Shown here: positions 37,545-38,230 of the stretch, in pieces
Layout of the letters: every line of letters begins with the position of its first letter
Numbering within the stretch: the first letter of the stretch is position 1
Virus record (IMG/VR): IMGVR_UViG_3300020045_004726
Span: 1-38,230 of that record
Direction: 5' to 3' (one strand)
Length of the DNA stretch: 38,230 nt
Source: a virus
The notes under the pieces: model-generated
The model's input: the letters and a program-made list of their open reading frames with translations, nothing else
Told to the model about the DNA's origin: nothing
The model's database searches: none
Program-made: the position numbers and the translations under genes

Positions 37545-38230
37545 CGCAGTCACGGCGGACGGCGAGGCCAGCGCAGCGGCTTGTGCGCCCTTTTTGAGCA
37601 GTTCGGCCAGTCTTGACGGCGTAACCCCCGCAGCCTTCATTGCCATGGACGCCTCTTGCGGATTAGCCAGCAGGTGAGCAAGCCCTTGCCTTACTTGCTC
37701 GTCAGCATTTCCGTAGAGCACATCGCCCGCACGCTTAGCCCACCCGCCAGGAACTCGGGCAATACTGCTCAGCCAGTTAGGAATTCCGGCCTCTGCTCCA
37801 ATGTGCGACATGGCTATTTTCTGCACCGTGTCTGAGCCAACTCCCCGCCCGCCTGCTTCTGCTGCCGCTTTGCTTTCGGCATCTTTCGCAACGCCACGCA
37901 AAAGAGCCATCTGATCCGCAGTCATCGTTCCTTCTAAGGTCGCGCCTTTAAAGCCAGTTGCCGCTTTAGCTACTTCGTCGCCGTTCCTGAGCGCTGCGGC
38001 GTAGCTTTGCGCATTTGTTTTGAATGGCAGATTCCCTTGATCGGCCAGCGCTGGAACCATCCGGTTATAGAGCGACTGCCCAATGTCCATTTGGTTGATC
38101 GGCTTGCTCATGTCGGAAAATGTCGATTTTGCCTGCGCGTATTCCGGTATCTTGCTTTCCAGCCAGTCAGCAAACGCATTCTTTGTTCCGATGGCCGCGC
38201 CTCGCTCAGCGCCTTGCATACCTGTGGCGG
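37530..38230 (-). CDS. Internal virion / DNA-ejection protein, C-terminal part (continuation of 1-1271 across the circular junction)
   Basis: ORF track 37530-38219. The frame stays open to the window end, and the sequence 38110-38230 repeats 1-121. Confidence 0.75.
   Translation of the reverse strand, partial: ATGMQGAERGAAIGTKNAFADWLESKIPEYAQAKSTFSDMSKPINQMDIGQSLYNRMVPALADQGNLPFKTNAQSYAAALRNGDEVAKAATGFKGATLEGTMTADQMALLRGVAKDAESKAAAEAGGRGVGSDTVQKIAMSHIGAEAGIPNWLSSIARVPGGWAKRAGDVLYGNADEQVRQGLAHLLANPQEASMAMKAAGVTPSRLAELLKKGAQAAALASPSAVTALSTQ
38110..38230. repeat. Terminal overlap copy B, identical to 1-121
   Basis: Same comparison as copy A. It is an assembly overlap or a terminal redundancy, and sequence alone cannot distinguish them. 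Confidence 0.95.

Noticed and set aside
1-38230. CRISPR arrays, rRNA genes, transposases/IS elements, toxin-antitoxin pairs and known multi-gene defence systems.
   Set aside because: None were seen. There are no spaced short repeats, no transposase-like ORFs and no nuclease/NTPase/RT combinations. Apart from the HNH and integrase genes, the genome is ordinary phage modules.

Overview
The window is a complete, circularly closed genome of a GC-rich temperate phage. Bases 1-121 are identical to 38110-38230, so the unique length is 38109 bp, and one minus-strand gene reads in frame across the junction. No similarity search was run. All family names come from motifs I read in the translations, from gene order and from hand-folded DNA, and should be treated as hypotheses.

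Layout:
- 37530 -> junction -> 1 and 17491 -> 1272 (minus strand): late operon. It runs small ORF, terS, terL, a LamG-SGNH cassette, Gp49-like B, portal, Zn-ribbon, Gp49-like A, scaffold, major capsid, decoration-like protein, AT-hook protein, adaptor, hub, then GNAT and PP-loop enzymes among the ejection proteins. There is no tape-measure, tube or sheath gene, which suggests a short-tailed virion.
- 37292 -> 34976 (minus): tail fibre and lysis genes.
- 24068 -> 18102 (minus): a lambdoid early-right operon with cro-like, CII-like, O-like (DUF1376, with an internal repeat array), lambda-P-like, NinB, NinG, a metallophosphoesterase and a Q-like gene.
- 24133 -> 25232 (plus): immunity operon with a CI/LexA-type repressor and a lipoprotein.
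- 25443 -> 33626 (plus): early-left operon with small ORFs, HNH, Erf, SSB, Gp157-like, xis and int.
- 33650-33850: attP region carrying two different tRNA 3' fragments.
- 33978-34972 (plus): a four-gene cassette with its own promoter.

Most noteworthy:
- A Q-type late switch whose 560-nt leader, bounded by two terminators, holds a D-arm-truncated tRNA-Gly(UCC)-like gene.
- Two diverged Gp49/66-family paralogs exactly 3300 bp apart that bracket the portal gene and share a 50-nt identical block.
- A LamG-SGNH esterase cassette between terL and portal.
- PP-loop and GNAT enzymes inside the ejection-protein block.
- A lower-GC HNH-erf cassette fused to a relict Erf N-terminus.
- An SSB whose DDDIPF tip is buried by 12 extra residues.
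- An oop-like antisense RNA unit.
- A four-site operator family.

I did not find a recognisable classical defence system (no RT, Cas, nuclease-NTPase pairs or CRISPR).
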